Below are positions 1 to 9,294 of a DNA stretch of 64,000 nucleotides, one piece after another. The position numbers and the translations under genes were made by a program. Each line of letters opens with the position of its first letter. Within the stretch, counting starts at the first letter, position 1. A model generated the notes under the pieces. It had not been told where the DNA came from. It saw nothing but the letters and a program-made list of their open reading frames with translations, and searched no databases. This DNA is from Vulcanimicrobiota bacterium (GTDB lineage: Bacteria; Vulcanimicrobiota; Vulcanimicrobiia; Vulcanimicrobiales; Vulcanimicrobiaceae), in assembly GCA_963723515.1 (NCBI GenBank), contig CAVRQT010000003.1, positions 864,001 through 928,000 of the forward strand, given 5' to 3'.

Positions 1-1
1 C

Positions 2-3000
2 GCACAATACGCGAGCTATTTGTTTCCGCAACTCGGTGCAAATCTTGGACTGCAGCATCTTGTTGCGGCGGCGCTCGCGATTGTGGTTTTGGTGTTGCTC
101 TATCGTCGCGTAACAACGGTGACGCTCATCGCAACCGCCCTTGCCATAACGGCGCTCATCACGCTTATCACCGTCATCGCAGCCGGCGCGCCTCATATTC
201 ATGCGGCTGCCTTCTCGTCCCCGAAGCCGCCGAATGCAAGCGCTTTTATGCTTGCGCTCGGGACGGCGCTCGTCATCACTCTCTATGACTATGCCGGTTA
301 CAATAGCGCAGCGCTCATCGGTGATGAGATCGTGGCGCCGGTGCGCACGATTCCGCGATCGATCGTGCTCTCAATTGCAATCATCGCGGCGCTCTACATC
401 CTGCTTCAGGTTTCTGTCTTGAGCGTTGTTCCTTGGCCACAGATTGTCGCTTCAAAATCACAATTCGTTGCTGCCAGCGCGATCGAAAACGTTTGGGGCG
501 CCGCCTCGGCGCGCGTGGTGACCGTACTGATCTTGATCACGGCGTTCGCCTCAACATATGGGGTTCTGCTCGGTTTTTCTCGCATTCCATATGCAGCGGC
601 ACTTGACGACGAATTCTTTCCTGTGTTCGGCCGACTCCATCCGCGCGGCCGATTTCCATATGTCTCGCTGCTGGTAATCGGGCTTTTGGCGATTCCAGCG
701 TGCTTTTTTACGCTTGATGCCGTCATCTCGTTTCTCATCGCGGGAATCGTGCTGATTCAATCGATCGCCCAGATCGCCGCCCTCTTGATCTTCCGAAGGC
801 GGGAAGGGGCGGCTCCGTTTAGCATGTGGCTCTTTCCGATCCCGGCGATCGTCGCGCTGCTCGCTTGGCTTTTCATCTTCTACTCTTCCGGAAAGAGCGC
901 GATGCTCTACGGAACGCTTACGTTGTTGGCGGGTGTCATCGCGTATCTGATCACGGCACGCGTTCAGCGACGGTGGCCGTTCTTGGTGACCGTGGCTCTC
1001 GTAGCGCTTTGCTGCACGGCCGGCCGGCCCGCAAACGCGGCAAGCTTCGGCTCGAGCGCCATCGTGCAGCGCAATGGTTATCCCATTTTCACCGTTGACG
1101 GTAAACCGTTCTTTATCTATGGCGCGGCGTTCTTTTACGAGCGCATTCCGCGGGGGCTCTGGCGACAATCGCTCGTGGCATACAAAGCGCTTGGAATCAA
1201 CACGATCGACCTCTACGTCATTTGGAATTGGCATGAATTGCACGACGGCGATTTTGATTTTACGGGACGCACGAATCCACGCCGCGATCTACGTGGACTT
1301 TTGCAGCTGATCCATCGTTTCGGATTTCATACGATTATCCGGCCCGGCCCCGTGATTCGCAATGAGTGGCGCAACGGCGGCTATCCGGCGTGGCTTCTGG
1401 AGCGCCCGGAATACAATATGCCGCTGCACGACGTGCTCGAAGGGCGCTATCCCGCAACGGCGACCTTGCAGAATGCGCATTCCGATCAAGCAGCCGCCGA
1501 ATGGATGAGCAACTCGACGCATCTCCGCTACGCCGATCGCTGGCTAAGACGTGCGTTGATGGAAGTCGCCCCGTGGGGACGAGATGTGCTTGCGATTGCG
1601 CTCGATGACGATCAAGGCGCGTATCTCAACAATCAAACGTGGCCCGCGGCAAATTTTCAAGCCTACCTTCATCATCTGGCCGGCACGGTGCGATCGGTGG
1701 CCGGGACATCGATTCCGCTCTTCATCAACACATATCAGATGAAGGTCACCGCGTCGGCGCCGGTTTGGGCGTGGGGCAACTGGTATCAAAGCGAGGCATA
1801 TCATCTCGGCGAGCACGACCGTCGCGAGTTAGAGTTTTCCACTGCGCTCCTTGCGACGCAACCGCATCTTCCCGTTATGCAGAGCGAATTTCAAGCCGGC
1901 TGGCTGCAGGGTCCCGATCAGGCGCATCCGCGGCGTGTTGCTCCGGAAAACACCGCACTTGCTTTACACACCTTGCTCCAGTCAGGGACGCGCGGCATCG
2001 TCAACTTTCCGGTTCAAGATACTGTCTATCCCAGCGGCTGGGAAGTGCCGTTTGCGAATGCCTCCTACGCCTGGGATGCGGCTCTCACACTCGACGGACG
2101 GCACAATGCACGGTACCGCCCGACGATGGAGTTCGGGCAGTTGATTTCCAAGTACGGAAGACTTCTCGCGCAGACACATCGCGTTGCGGACGCCGCGATT
2201 GCCTATACCGTTAGCGCGTATGACCCCTTACAACTCAACGATGTTCGGCTTGACCAGGCTGTTACCGCGACCCGCGACGCCCTCACGGATTGCCGCACTC
2301 TGCGCCTAAGCTGCGATCTCGTCGATTTGCGGTACGCAAAGGATCGCGACTTGGAGCCTTACCGCTACCTTGTCGTGCCTCTCGTCAACGCATTGCCGTT
2401 GCAAGCAGCGATCTCAGCGAAACTCAAGCGGCTTGCGCCGCGTGTGCATATCGTCAGCTCGGTCGTCGAGGTGCATCCAGCAAAGCGTGCGGTCAATATC
2501 GCCAATGCCGTATTAAGTGTCAGCAGCGGGAAAGAACCGTTCGGCTTTCTCGATATCGTCAATTACGATCTGCGGCCTCGCTCAACAGGGCCAATACGGA
2601 TGCAACTCACACCAGCCAAGCAAGTGCGTCTTCCATCGGTTCGCCTCGCGGGCGCATCCGGTCTGTTGATTCCGATCAATCTCAGGCCATCAGATGTTGC
2701 GCAAAAAATCGCGGCACGACCAAGCGGACCGCCGACGCAACGACCTTGCCTTCAACCAGCGGCGCTGCTCTTTGCCGGCATCTGTTGGCGACTGCCGCCG
2801 ATCCGTTCCACAGCAGCCGCTCCAAGTGTGCCAATCGCGCGCCGCGTCGATGTAACGCAAGACGGCGAACCGTGGATCCTCCTCGCGAACCCAACGGCCA
2901 CCCTTGGCATCGCCCCGTTAGCCGGTGCGCGAGCGTTCGTCTTTCAAAATGGCCAAAGCGATGCATTTACGTCCACCGGTGCACTGCGTGACGACGTTGA

Positions 3001-3580
3001 TCCCGCACCAACGCCGTCGGCCCGAGACTACATCAGCACGTACACACATCAATTTCCGGCCGGTACCTTCAATCGTGCCTATGACTGTCGGATTCTCAAG
3101 GATGGCGCTCAGACAGCGTGCATGTATTTCGCGCCCGACCTCGGCACGCACTTTGAGCGGGCGATCACCATGCAACCAAAATCGCCGGCCTTTACATTAC
3201 GACTGCGCATGACGTCATCGGACCCGAAAAAACGAGGCGTGTTGCTGAGTGCGCTTTCGATCTCGAGCGCACTATCGCAATTCGTATCAGGAGCAATCAG
3301 CCGCTACACAGCGGGGGCAACGACTCCCGTCATGGACGGCGCTTTTGGATTCTACGATCCGACGACGCGAAAAGTGGCAACGGTCTGCTGGCCGCCACAA
3401 GAGCCGTTACAAGTCAACGTCGATGAGAAACCGGACGCAGCGATCGTGCGAGTCGTCTACCCTCCGGACACTTGGCAGAGCATCACGTTCGGCTATTATG
3501 CGGTTGCTGATCTTACCCAAGCGCGCAGCGTTGTTCAAGAGCTAAAAGGACGCGCATGCGTCGACGCGAACGGGCGGTAA
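2..3580 (+). CDS. APC-family amino acid permease fused to a GH35-like glycoside hydrolase (5'-partial)
   Basis: Frame open from the window edge. Hydrophobic APC segment (YDYAGYN...GDEIVAP.RTIPRSI, SRIPYAAA.D..F...F..LHP) followed in frame by GH35 motifs (F.VDGKPF, GINTIDLYVIWNWHE..DGDFDFTG, IRPGPVIRNEW..GGYPAWL, SEFQAGW). Confidence 0.85.
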   Translation, partial: AQYASYLFPQLGANLGLQHLVAAALAIVVLVLLYRRVTTVTLIATALAITALITLITVIAAGAPHIHAAAFSSPKPPNASAFMLALGTALVITLYDYAGYNSAALIGDEIVAPVRTIPRSIVLSIAIIAALYILLQVSVLSVVPWPQIVASKSQFVAASAIENVWGAASARVVTVLILITAFASTYGVLLGFSRIPYAAALDDEFFPVFGRLHPRGRFPYVSLLVIGLLAIPACFFTLDAVISFLIAGIVLIQSIAQIAALLIFRRREGAAPFSMWLFPIPAIVALLAWLFIFYSSGKSAMLYGTLTLLAGVIAYLITARVQRRWPFLVTVALVALCCTAGRPANAASFGSSAIVQRNGYPIFTVDGKPFFIYGAAFFYERIPRGLWRQSLVAYKALGINTIDLYVIWNWHELHDGDFDFTGRTNPRRDLRGLLQLIHRFGFHTIIRPGPVIRNEWRNGGYPAWLLERPEYNMPLHDVLEGRYPATATLQNAHSDQAAAEWMSNSTHLRYADRWLRRALMEVAPWGRDVLAIALDDDQGAYLNNQTWPAANFQAYLHHLAGTVRSVAGTSIPLFINTYQMKVTASAPVWAWGNWYQSEAYHLGEHDRRELEFSTALLATQPHLPVMQSEFQAGWLQGPDQAHPRRVAPENTALALHTLLQSGTRGIVNFPVQDTVYPSGWEVPFANASYAWDAALTLDGRHNARYRPTMEFGQLISKYGRLLAQTHRVADAAIAYTVSAYDPLQLNDVRLDQAVTATRDALTDCRTLRLSCDLVDLRYAKDRDLEPYRYLVVPLVNALPLQAAISAKLKRLAPRVHIVSSVVEVHPAKRAVNIANAVLSVSSGKEPFGFLDIVNYDLRPRSTGPIRMQLTPAKQVRLPSVRLAGASGLLIPINLRPSDVAQKIAARPSGPPTQRPCLQPAALLFAGICWRLPPIRSTAAAPSVPIARRVDVTQDGEPWILLANPTATLGIAPLAGARAFVFQNGQSDAFTSTGALRDDVDPAPTPSARDYISTYTHQFPAGTFNRAYDCRILKDGAQTACMYFAPDLGTHFERAITMQPKSPAFTLRLRMTSSDPKKRGVLLSALSISSALSQFVSGAISRYTAGATTPVMDGAFGFYDPTTRKVATVCWPPQEPLQVNVDEKPDAAIVRVVYPPDTWQSITFGYYAVADLTQARSVVQELKGRACVDANGR

Positions 3581-3587
3581 GCCGTTA

Positions 3588-3669
3588 GGGGAAGTGGCGG
3601 AACGGTAGACGCAGCCGCCTCAAAAGCGGCCGAGCAAAACTCGTGTGGGTTCAAATCCCACCTTCCCCA
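3588..3669 (+). tRNA. tRNA-Leu(CAA)
   Basis: GGGGAAG/CTTCCCC acceptor stem, GCCGC-CTCAAAA-GCGGC anticodon arm, long variable arm, GGTTCAAATCC T-loop. Confidence 0.95.
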
Positions 3670-3680
3670 GGGCACGAATT

Positions 3681-4970
3681 TTGACTTCAGACGTTGAACG
3701 AACGGTTATCTTTAGTCGGCGGCCGCTGCACGGCAACCTACGTGTGCCCGGCGACAAGTCGATTTCGCATCGGGCTTTGATCGTCGGCGCGGCGCTCTCC
3801 GAGCCGCTTCAAATACAAAATCTCAATACGGGCGCCGATGTTCTTGCAACCGCAGATGCGCTGCGAGCGCTCGGGGCCGCTATCTCGCTCGATGGTCAAT
3901 CAGCGACGGTAACGCCCGCGCATTTGCATGACGCCGCCGAAACGATTGACTGCCGAAATTCTGCTTCAACGGCACGGATGGTTCTGGGTGTTTGCGCCGG
4001 CGCAAATCTCAACGCACGGTTTGACGGCGACGCTGCCTTGCGCCGGCGGCCCATGGAACCGGTGGCTGCGCAGCTGCGCGCTTTTGGCGCACGGATTGAA
4101 ACGGACGAAGGTCTTCTCCCCGTCACGATTTCCGGCACACCGTCAATTCAGACCCGCGACTTTATCCTTTTAGCGCCCTCGGCTCAAATCAAGTCGGCGC
4201 TTCTCTTCGCGGCGCTCTTTGCAAAGACCGCGATCTCAATTGTCAATGACGCAGGCTCCAGAGACCACACCGAGCGCCTCCTGGAGAGTTTCGGTGCCAA
4301 TATTCGCTACGATCGCCGCGCCGTTGAATTCCAACCCGGTGCCTTAAAGGCGAGAACGCTGCAGATTCCGGGCGATTTTTCGGCCGCCGCATTCTTTATT
4401 GCCGGCGCGACGATCGCTCCGGGAAGCGCAATCGTGGTGGAAGACATTGGCGTCAATCCGACGCGCACAGGCCTCGTTGATGCGCTGAACGGAATGGGCG
4501 CCTCCATTTCACTCTTCAACGAGCGCGAATGGAACAATGAGCCTGTCGCCGACATTCGCGTCGAAGCCGCCTTCTTGCGGGGCGCTTCAATCGGCTCAGA
4601 GGTTGCCGCCCGCGCCATTGATGATATCCCGGCGCTTGCCGCGGCGGCCGCACGCGCTACTGGGGTCACACGAATCGCCGGGCTGCGCAGCTTGCGAGAA
4701 AAAGAGTCCGACCGGCTAGCCGTCATTGCGCGCCTGTTGGAGCAACTTGGGATCACGGTCGAAGCGGGCGCCGACGATCTGACAATTACCGGCAACCACG
4801 AAGGGCTACGAGTTGAACCTGTGCTCGTTGATACGGACGGCGATCATCGTATCGCGATGGTTGCTGCGCCGCTAGCCGCTGCAACAGGGCCCGTGATGAT
4901 CGATGATGCGGCGGTGCCGGATGTCAGTTTTCCAAATTTTGCCGACGCGTGGAACGCGGCGCAGAGCTAG
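3681..4970 (+). CDS. aroA: 3-phosphoshikimate 1-carboxyvinyltransferase (class II EPSP synthase)
   Basis: PGDKSISHR, RRRPM, SAQIKSA, RDHTE, KESDRL, DHRIAM, VSFPNF motifs. TTG start chosen because the track start at 3645 lies inside the tRNA. Confidence 0.93.
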   Translation: MTSDVERTVIFSRRPLHGNLRVPGDKSISHRALIVGAALSEPLQIQNLNTGADVLATADALRALGAAISLDGQSATVTPAHLHDAAETIDCRNSASTARMVLGVCAGANLNARFDGDAALRRRPMEPVAAQLRAFGARIETDEGLLPVTISGTPSIQTRDFILLAPSAQIKSALLFAALFAKTAISIVNDAGSRDHTERLLESFGANIRYDRRAVEFQPGALKARTLQIPGDFSAAAFFIAGATIAPGSAIVVEDIGVNPTRTGLVDALNGMGASISLFNEREWNNEPVADIRVEAAFLRGASIGSEVAARAIDDIPALAAAAARATGVTRIAGLRSLREKESDRLAVIARLLEQLGITVEAGADDLTITGNHEGLRVEPVLVDTDGDHRIAMVAAPLAAATGPVMIDDAAVPDVSFPNFADAWNAAQS

Positions 4971-5299
4971 CGCAAAACTTCTAACAGATCTCGATACGAG
5001 TTCTCGATCGAGGTAATGTCAGCGGAGAAGGAGAGCCGGCGAAACTCCGCGAGCGATGTTGTCAGTTTATCTTGCGCCTCTTTCAGCACCGCGAGCTGCG
5101 CTTGTAGTTCACCAATCGAGTGGTTGAGGCGCTGCAGGTCGCCTGAGGAATTTTTCACCGCGGTCATCACCGGCGATTCCTTGATCGCATCGACGTGTCG
5201 CTTGATCTGCTTGACGCGTCCTAACAGCCAAATCGCCGTAATTGCAAGCCACACGACGACCGCAACGATGAGGATAACGACCGCCCATGTCACTGTCAC
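4967..5299 (-). CDS. hypothetical protein, N-terminal TM helix plus coiled coil
   Basis: One hydrophobic helix then heptad-like sequence; GTGA overlap with the upstream gene. Confidence 0.7.
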   Translation of the reverse strand: MTVTWAVVILIVAVVVWLAITAIWLLGRVKQIKRHVDAIKESPVMTAVKNSSGDLQRLNHSIGELQAQLAVLKEAQDKLTTSLAEFRRLSFSADITSIENSYRDLLEVLR

Positions 5300-5619
5300 G
5301 CCGCCGATTCCTTCGAGCCGCCGGATTTAGGTTCCGATTTTGAATCAGCGCTCTTTGTGTCGCCGGTTTTTGTGTCGCTGCTCTTCGTTTCGCCGCTTTT
5401 CGATTCTGAAGGCTGCTTGGAGGTGGTCTTCTCTTGCGTTGCTTTGCGTGAGTCGGTGATGTAAAAGCCTGAGCCCTTGAAGACGATGCCGGCGGGGTTG
5501 AAAAGCCGTTTCAGCTCGCCACCGCAGTGGGGACACGGGTCGCTATGCCGCTCGTCAAACCCGTGGCGCACCTCAGTAATTTTCTGGCAATTGGCGCATT
5601 CGTAATCGTAAAGGGGCAT
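5296..5619 (-). CDS. FmdB-family zinc-ribbon protein
   Basis: MPLYDYECANC...CPHCGG..KRL...GIVFKGSGFYITD; low-complexity K/S tail. Confidence 0.9.
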   Translation of the reverse strand: MPLYDYECANCQKITEVRHGFDERHSDPCPHCGGELKRLFNPAGIVFKGSGFYITDSRKATQEKTTSKQPSESKSGETKSSDTKTGDTKSADSKSEPKSGGSKESAA

Positions 5620-5637
5620 TACGCGCTAAAGTTGCCT

Positions 5638-6117
5638 TTAGAAGTCCGCAAGTAAGGCGTCCGGGTGGCGCTCGAATTCCACCAGACCTTTGAAATGCGC
5701 GAGCGAATCGACCAGAGCAGTCGCAAGCTTTCGTCTCGCGGTGATGCGGTCGATTAGCGCCGCAATTCTTCCGCCGTAGGCCGGGTAGTCCAAGCGCAGG
5801 ACGATCTTCGAGGTCTTCGATTTGCGCTCGATTCGAAAATCGAGACGTCGTCGAACCGAGTACGCTCCTACGAGCGAAAGAAAATAATTTTGTATGTACT
5901 GATCGACTTCGAAGAGCTGCTCGCGTTCACCCGGGATCGTCGAACGCAGCACGACCTCCGAGCCCGCTTCCAACGGCTTCTTCGGATCCGCTAAACGCGC
6001 ACTTCGCAGGAATGAAAGCCAAACCGGCCACTTTGCGATCTCGCAGATTAATCCGAACGCTTTCTCCGCATCCGAATGCACATCGACGGCATATGTAAGC
6101 GGCTTCATCGTCGTCAT
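5638..6117 (-). CDS. SRPBCC (polyketide cyclase/START-like) protein
   Basis: WP.W motif after the first helix; C-terminal helix LAHFKGLVE. Start placed at MTTMK. Confidence 0.7.
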   Translation of the reverse strand: MTTMKPLTYAVDVHSDAEKAFGLICEIAKWPVWLSFLRSARLADPKKPLEAGSEVVLRSTIPGEREQLFEVDQYIQNYFLSLVGAYSVRRRLDFRIERKSKTSKIVLRLDYPAYGGRIAALIDRITARRKLATALVDSLAHFKGLVEFERHPDALLADF

Positions 6118-6160
6118 GCTCAACCGTTTTTCGAAGCGCTTGCGTTTCGCCCTTCCACAA

Positions 6161-7357
6161 CTATTCCACAACTGGTTGTGGAATGATCGAGCGATCGCAG
6201 ACGCCGATCGCAAATTTCGCCAGCGTCTCGACGCCTATCGGCAATGCCGCTTCATCAACGCGAAATTTCGAACTATGACCGGCGACGTCGGTCCCCTTTG
6301 CCTCATTCCGAATTCCAAGGCGAATCGCGAGCCCGGGCACACGCTGCGCGTAATACGCAAAATCTTCGCCGCCCATCGTCGGAGGCGGGTGAACGATTCC
6401 GACGTTGGAATGGCCGCGCATGTACTGCGCGAAGTCGTTTGCAAGCTGGCGGTTATTGACGACCGGCGGATATCCGTGATCGAGTTTGAAACGAACCCCC
6501 ACACCGTACGCATCGGCGACGCCTTCTAAGATGCGCCGCGCACGCTTTTCGAGGGCGTCGCGCACATCGGTGTCATGCGAACGAAATGTTCCCGTCAATT
6601 CGACGCGATCCGCGATGATATTATTCCGATAGCCGCCGACGATCGTTCCGATGCTGACGACAACACTCTTCAGCGGATCGGTTTCGCGCGCCGCGATGTT
6701 CTGCATGGCGAGCACCATTGCCGCAGCCGCGGGAATCGCGTCTGCAGCCAAATGTGGGTGCGCGCCGTGACCGCCGCGTCCAACGACGGTGATCGCAAAT
6801 TCATCGGTCGCCGCATTCACCGCACCGGGCGTGATGCCGATCGTTCCCGTTTCTATCCTCGGATCGACATGCAGCATTGCAATGGCACACACCGGGGGAT
6901 CCTCTAGTACGCCCGCCTCAATCATCGGAAGCGCGCCCCCGGGACCTTCCTCCGCTGGTTGAAACAGACAAACGACCGTTCCGTGAAGATCCGCTCGTTG
7001 TGCTTGCAAGGTGCGCGCGGCGCCGAGCAACATTGCAGTATGCGCATCGTGACCGCATGCATGCATCACGCCGGGACTTTCCGACGTGAACGGTTCACCG
7101 GTTTCTTCGGTGATCGGTAACGCATCCATGTCGGCGCGTAGCCCAACCGCGGGGCCGCCATCGTGACCTCGAATGACCGCGACGACCCCTGTCTTAGCGA
7201 CTCTGCGGTACTCGATCCCCAGTTGCGTCAGCTCTTCCTCGACGAGAGCCGCCGTCTTTTCTTCCTGAAAGCCCAGCTCGGGGTGGCGGTGAATTTCGCG
7301 GCGCAACTCAACAACGCGCGTTAGCGTATCGTTGACAATCATACGCACTTGTCGCAC
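6161..7357 (-). CDS. M20D amidohydrolase
   Basis: HRHPELGFQE, LRADMDALP, MHACGHDAH, FQPAEEG, GHGAHPH, MGGEDF. Start may be 7342. Confidence 0.93.
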   Translation of the reverse strand: MRQVRMIVNDTLTRVVELRREIHRHPELGFQEEKTAALVEEELTQLGIEYRRVAKTGVVAVIRGHDGGPAVGLRADMDALPITEETGEPFTSESPGVMHACGHDAHTAMLLGAARTLQAQRADLHGTVVCLFQPAEEGPGGALPMIEAGVLEDPPVCAIAMLHVDPRIETGTIGITPGAVNAATDEFAITVVGRGGHGAHPHLAADAIPAAAAMVLAMQNIAARETDPLKSVVVSIGTIVGGYRNNIIADRVELTGTFRSHDTDVRDALEKRARRILEGVADAYGVGVRFKLDHGYPPVVNNRQLANDFAQYMRGHSNVGIVHPPPTMGGEDFAYYAQRVPGLAIRLGIRNEAKGTDVAGHSSKFRVDEAALPIGVETLAKFAIGVCDRSIIPQPVVE

Positions 7358-7430
7358 GTCATGCTAGGCGCCATGCGGGCGACCTTATCCAGCGGTAAAG
7401 AGGACGCCTTTTCGCGAATTTCAAGCGATC

Positions 7431-8141
7431 ATGCTCTCGCCGGACATCGCATTCGCGCAACTCGTCAACGCAACGGCCAAAGCGTACGTGGCGAACGCTC
7501 CGGCCTATATCACCTATCGCGAGCATACGCACATTACCGGTACCGGAACGATCCGTCAGGACCGGGACATCAACCGTTTTGTCGCCGTGCGCCAGAGCGA
7601 CAATACGGCGGTCATGCGCGACCTGCCCAACGGCGGAGAATCGCAAGGGCAGGCGTTTCCGATCATTCCATACTTTAATCCGTTCACGGCATTCAGCTTC
7701 AGTTATTTTGCGAACCTGAAGCAGATCTCGATCACCTTAACCCGGGCCGCGCCGTTCACTTTCACGCTGCCTCAGCCGTCTCACGATGTGGATGAAAACA
7801 TCTTCTACATTCCGTTTTGGAAGCCGTCGTATGCGGCGGGCTCTACGGATGATGCGCCGCACTTCAACATTGCATTGACCGCGCACCAGCCCCGCGCCGC
7901 ATACCTGAGCGACGTCGTCGTGGATCCGCAAAGCCATTTGCCGTCGCACGTCGTCGTTAAGTTGGAAAACGATCCGACGACGATTTCACTGGACTACGCA
8001 ATCGTGCAAGGCCATTGGGTCGTTACGCACGGCGCGATGGCCACATCGCAGACGGTTGGCGTCTTTAGTTTTCACGTCGTCGCAGAAACCACGTACACCG
8101 ACATGACGTTTCCACCGACTTCACCGGACAGCCGAATCTAA
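7431..8141 (+). CDS. hypothetical beta-rich, probably exported protein
   Basis: 236-aa ORF filling the gap; no family motif recognised; start uncertain. Confidence 0.6.
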   Translation: MLSPDIAFAQLVNATAKAYVANAPAYITYREHTHITGTGTIRQDRDINRFVAVRQSDNTAVMRDLPNGGESQGQAFPIIPYFNPFTAFSFSYFANLKQISITLTRAAPFTFTLPQPSHDVDENIFYIPFWKPSYAAGSTDDAPHFNIALTAHQPRAAYLSDVVVDPQSHLPSHVVVKLENDPTTISLDYAIVQGHWVVTHGAMATSQTVGVFSFHVVAETTYTDMTFPPTSPDSRI

Positions 8142-8177
8142 AAGTCGCGCGTTTGACCGCAGCGGCCGCGCCCCGCT

Positions 8178-8198
8178 GTCGGCAAGCTCAGCGTGACA
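8178..8198. repeat. REP-like palindromic repeat copy
   Basis: GTCGGCAAGCTCAGCGTGACA, a variant of CTTCGACAAGCTCAG(G/C)(G/A)TGACA. Confidence 0.6.
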
Positions 8199-8263
8199 CG
8201 TGCCGGTGGCAAACTGATTGCTTCAGAGCGTCTCTCGAGTTCGAACGCTGCCTCCCGTTTACC

Positions 8264-8304
8264 AAGTATGCAAAGAGCCTGCACCGCAGGCCCTTTGCAT
8301 ACTT
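8264..8304. terminator. hairpin downstream of tRNA-Ser(CGA), probable terminator
   Basis: AAGTATGCAAAG-AGCCTGC-acc-GCAGGCC-CTTTGCATACTT inverted repeat. Confidence 0.55.
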
Positions 8305-8392
8305 CGGAGAGGGAGAGATTCGAACTCTCGAGACGCTCATCACGTCTGCCCGCTTTCGAGGCGGGTGCCTTCAACCACTCGACCACCTCTCC
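8305..8392 (-). tRNA. tRNA-Ser(CGA)
   Basis: GGAGAGG acceptor, CCCGC-CTCGAAA-GCGGG anticodon arm, long variable arm. Confidence 0.95.
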
Positions 8393-8412
8393 CCAATGTG
8401 CTTCGCACATCG

Positions 8413-8880
8413 TTAGCGACTTTGGCGCTTCCGCGTAAAGAACGCCTGCAACTGCGCCGCCGTTTCATCCGCTAACACGTCGCCGGTGACATCAACACGA
8501 TGATTCAACTCTTCGAGCGCAAAGATGTCGACGACGCTGCCCGCCGCGCCGCCCTTCGGATCCGCGCAGCCGAAGACCAAGCGGTTGATGCGCGCCGCAA
8601 TCATTGCGCCTGCGCACATGACGCATGGTTCCTTTGTCACGTAGATCGTTGCGTCGGTGAGCCGCCATCGGCCAAGCGCTTGCGCCGACGCTCGCAGCAC
8701 AAGCATCTCCGCATGTGCTGTTGGATCGGGCCGACGCTCTTTTTCGTTGAACGCTTCAAATGTCACGCCGTCACAGATTAGCATGGCGCCTATCGGGACA
8801 TCCCCATTTGCAGCCGCATGCTCTGCGAGCACCATCGCACGGCGTACGCATGCTTCATCCGCGGACTGAACCGCTGTCAT
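8413..8880 (-). CDS. tadA: tRNA adenosine(34) deaminase
   Basis: DPTAHAE, TKEPCVMCAGA, DPKGGA, LNH motifs. Confidence 0.93.
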   Translation of the reverse strand: MTAVQSADEACVRRAMVLAEHAAANGDVPIGAMLICDGVTFEAFNEKERRPDPTAHAEMLVLRASAQALGRWRLTDATIYVTKEPCVMCAGAMIAARINRLVFGCADPKGGAAGSVVDIFALEELNHRVDVTGDVLADETAAQLQAFFTRKRQSR

Positions 8881-8891
8881 AAAACGAGATC

Positions 8892-8965
<74 letters not shown>

Positions 8966-8994
8966 ACATTTCACACTTCCTAAAGTTCAGTGCG

Positions 8995-9231
8995 CTACCG
9001 CGGATTCTCCGGAGCGGAGCTTTGACTCGGGATGTGCTTGAAGAGATCCAGCTTGTGATCGACGAGACCGCGATAGAACTTCCGTACGCAGTCCGGATGG
9101 CCGAAGAAATAGGTGCGCGCATAGGCCAGATCGTCTCCGGAAGAGTCCGGAACATAATGCGAGATTTCGATCTCTTCCATCTGCGCTCGATCGACCGGAT
9201 GCGGGCAAAAATCGCATGGAATCGTCGACAT
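8995..9231 (-). CDS. small hypothetical protein with CxxC...HxxC
   Basis: MSTIPCDFC...GHPDC; GAGGT Shine-Dalgarno upstream of the ATG at 9231. Confidence 0.7.
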   Translation of the reverse strand: MSTIPCDFCPHPVDRAQMEEIEISHYVPDSSGDDLAYARTYFFGHPDCVRKFYRGLVDHKLDLFKHIPSQSSAPENPR

Positions 9232-9294
9232 CCTTGTTGTTACCTCACTTAAGAGCCCAGAGTATCGCGGTCCAGCTTCCATTACAAAAGAATG

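Noticed and set aside
8138..8475. Short ORFs overlapping the tRNA-Ser region, and 9426-9731
   Set aside because: They are translations of tRNA and repeat sequence.
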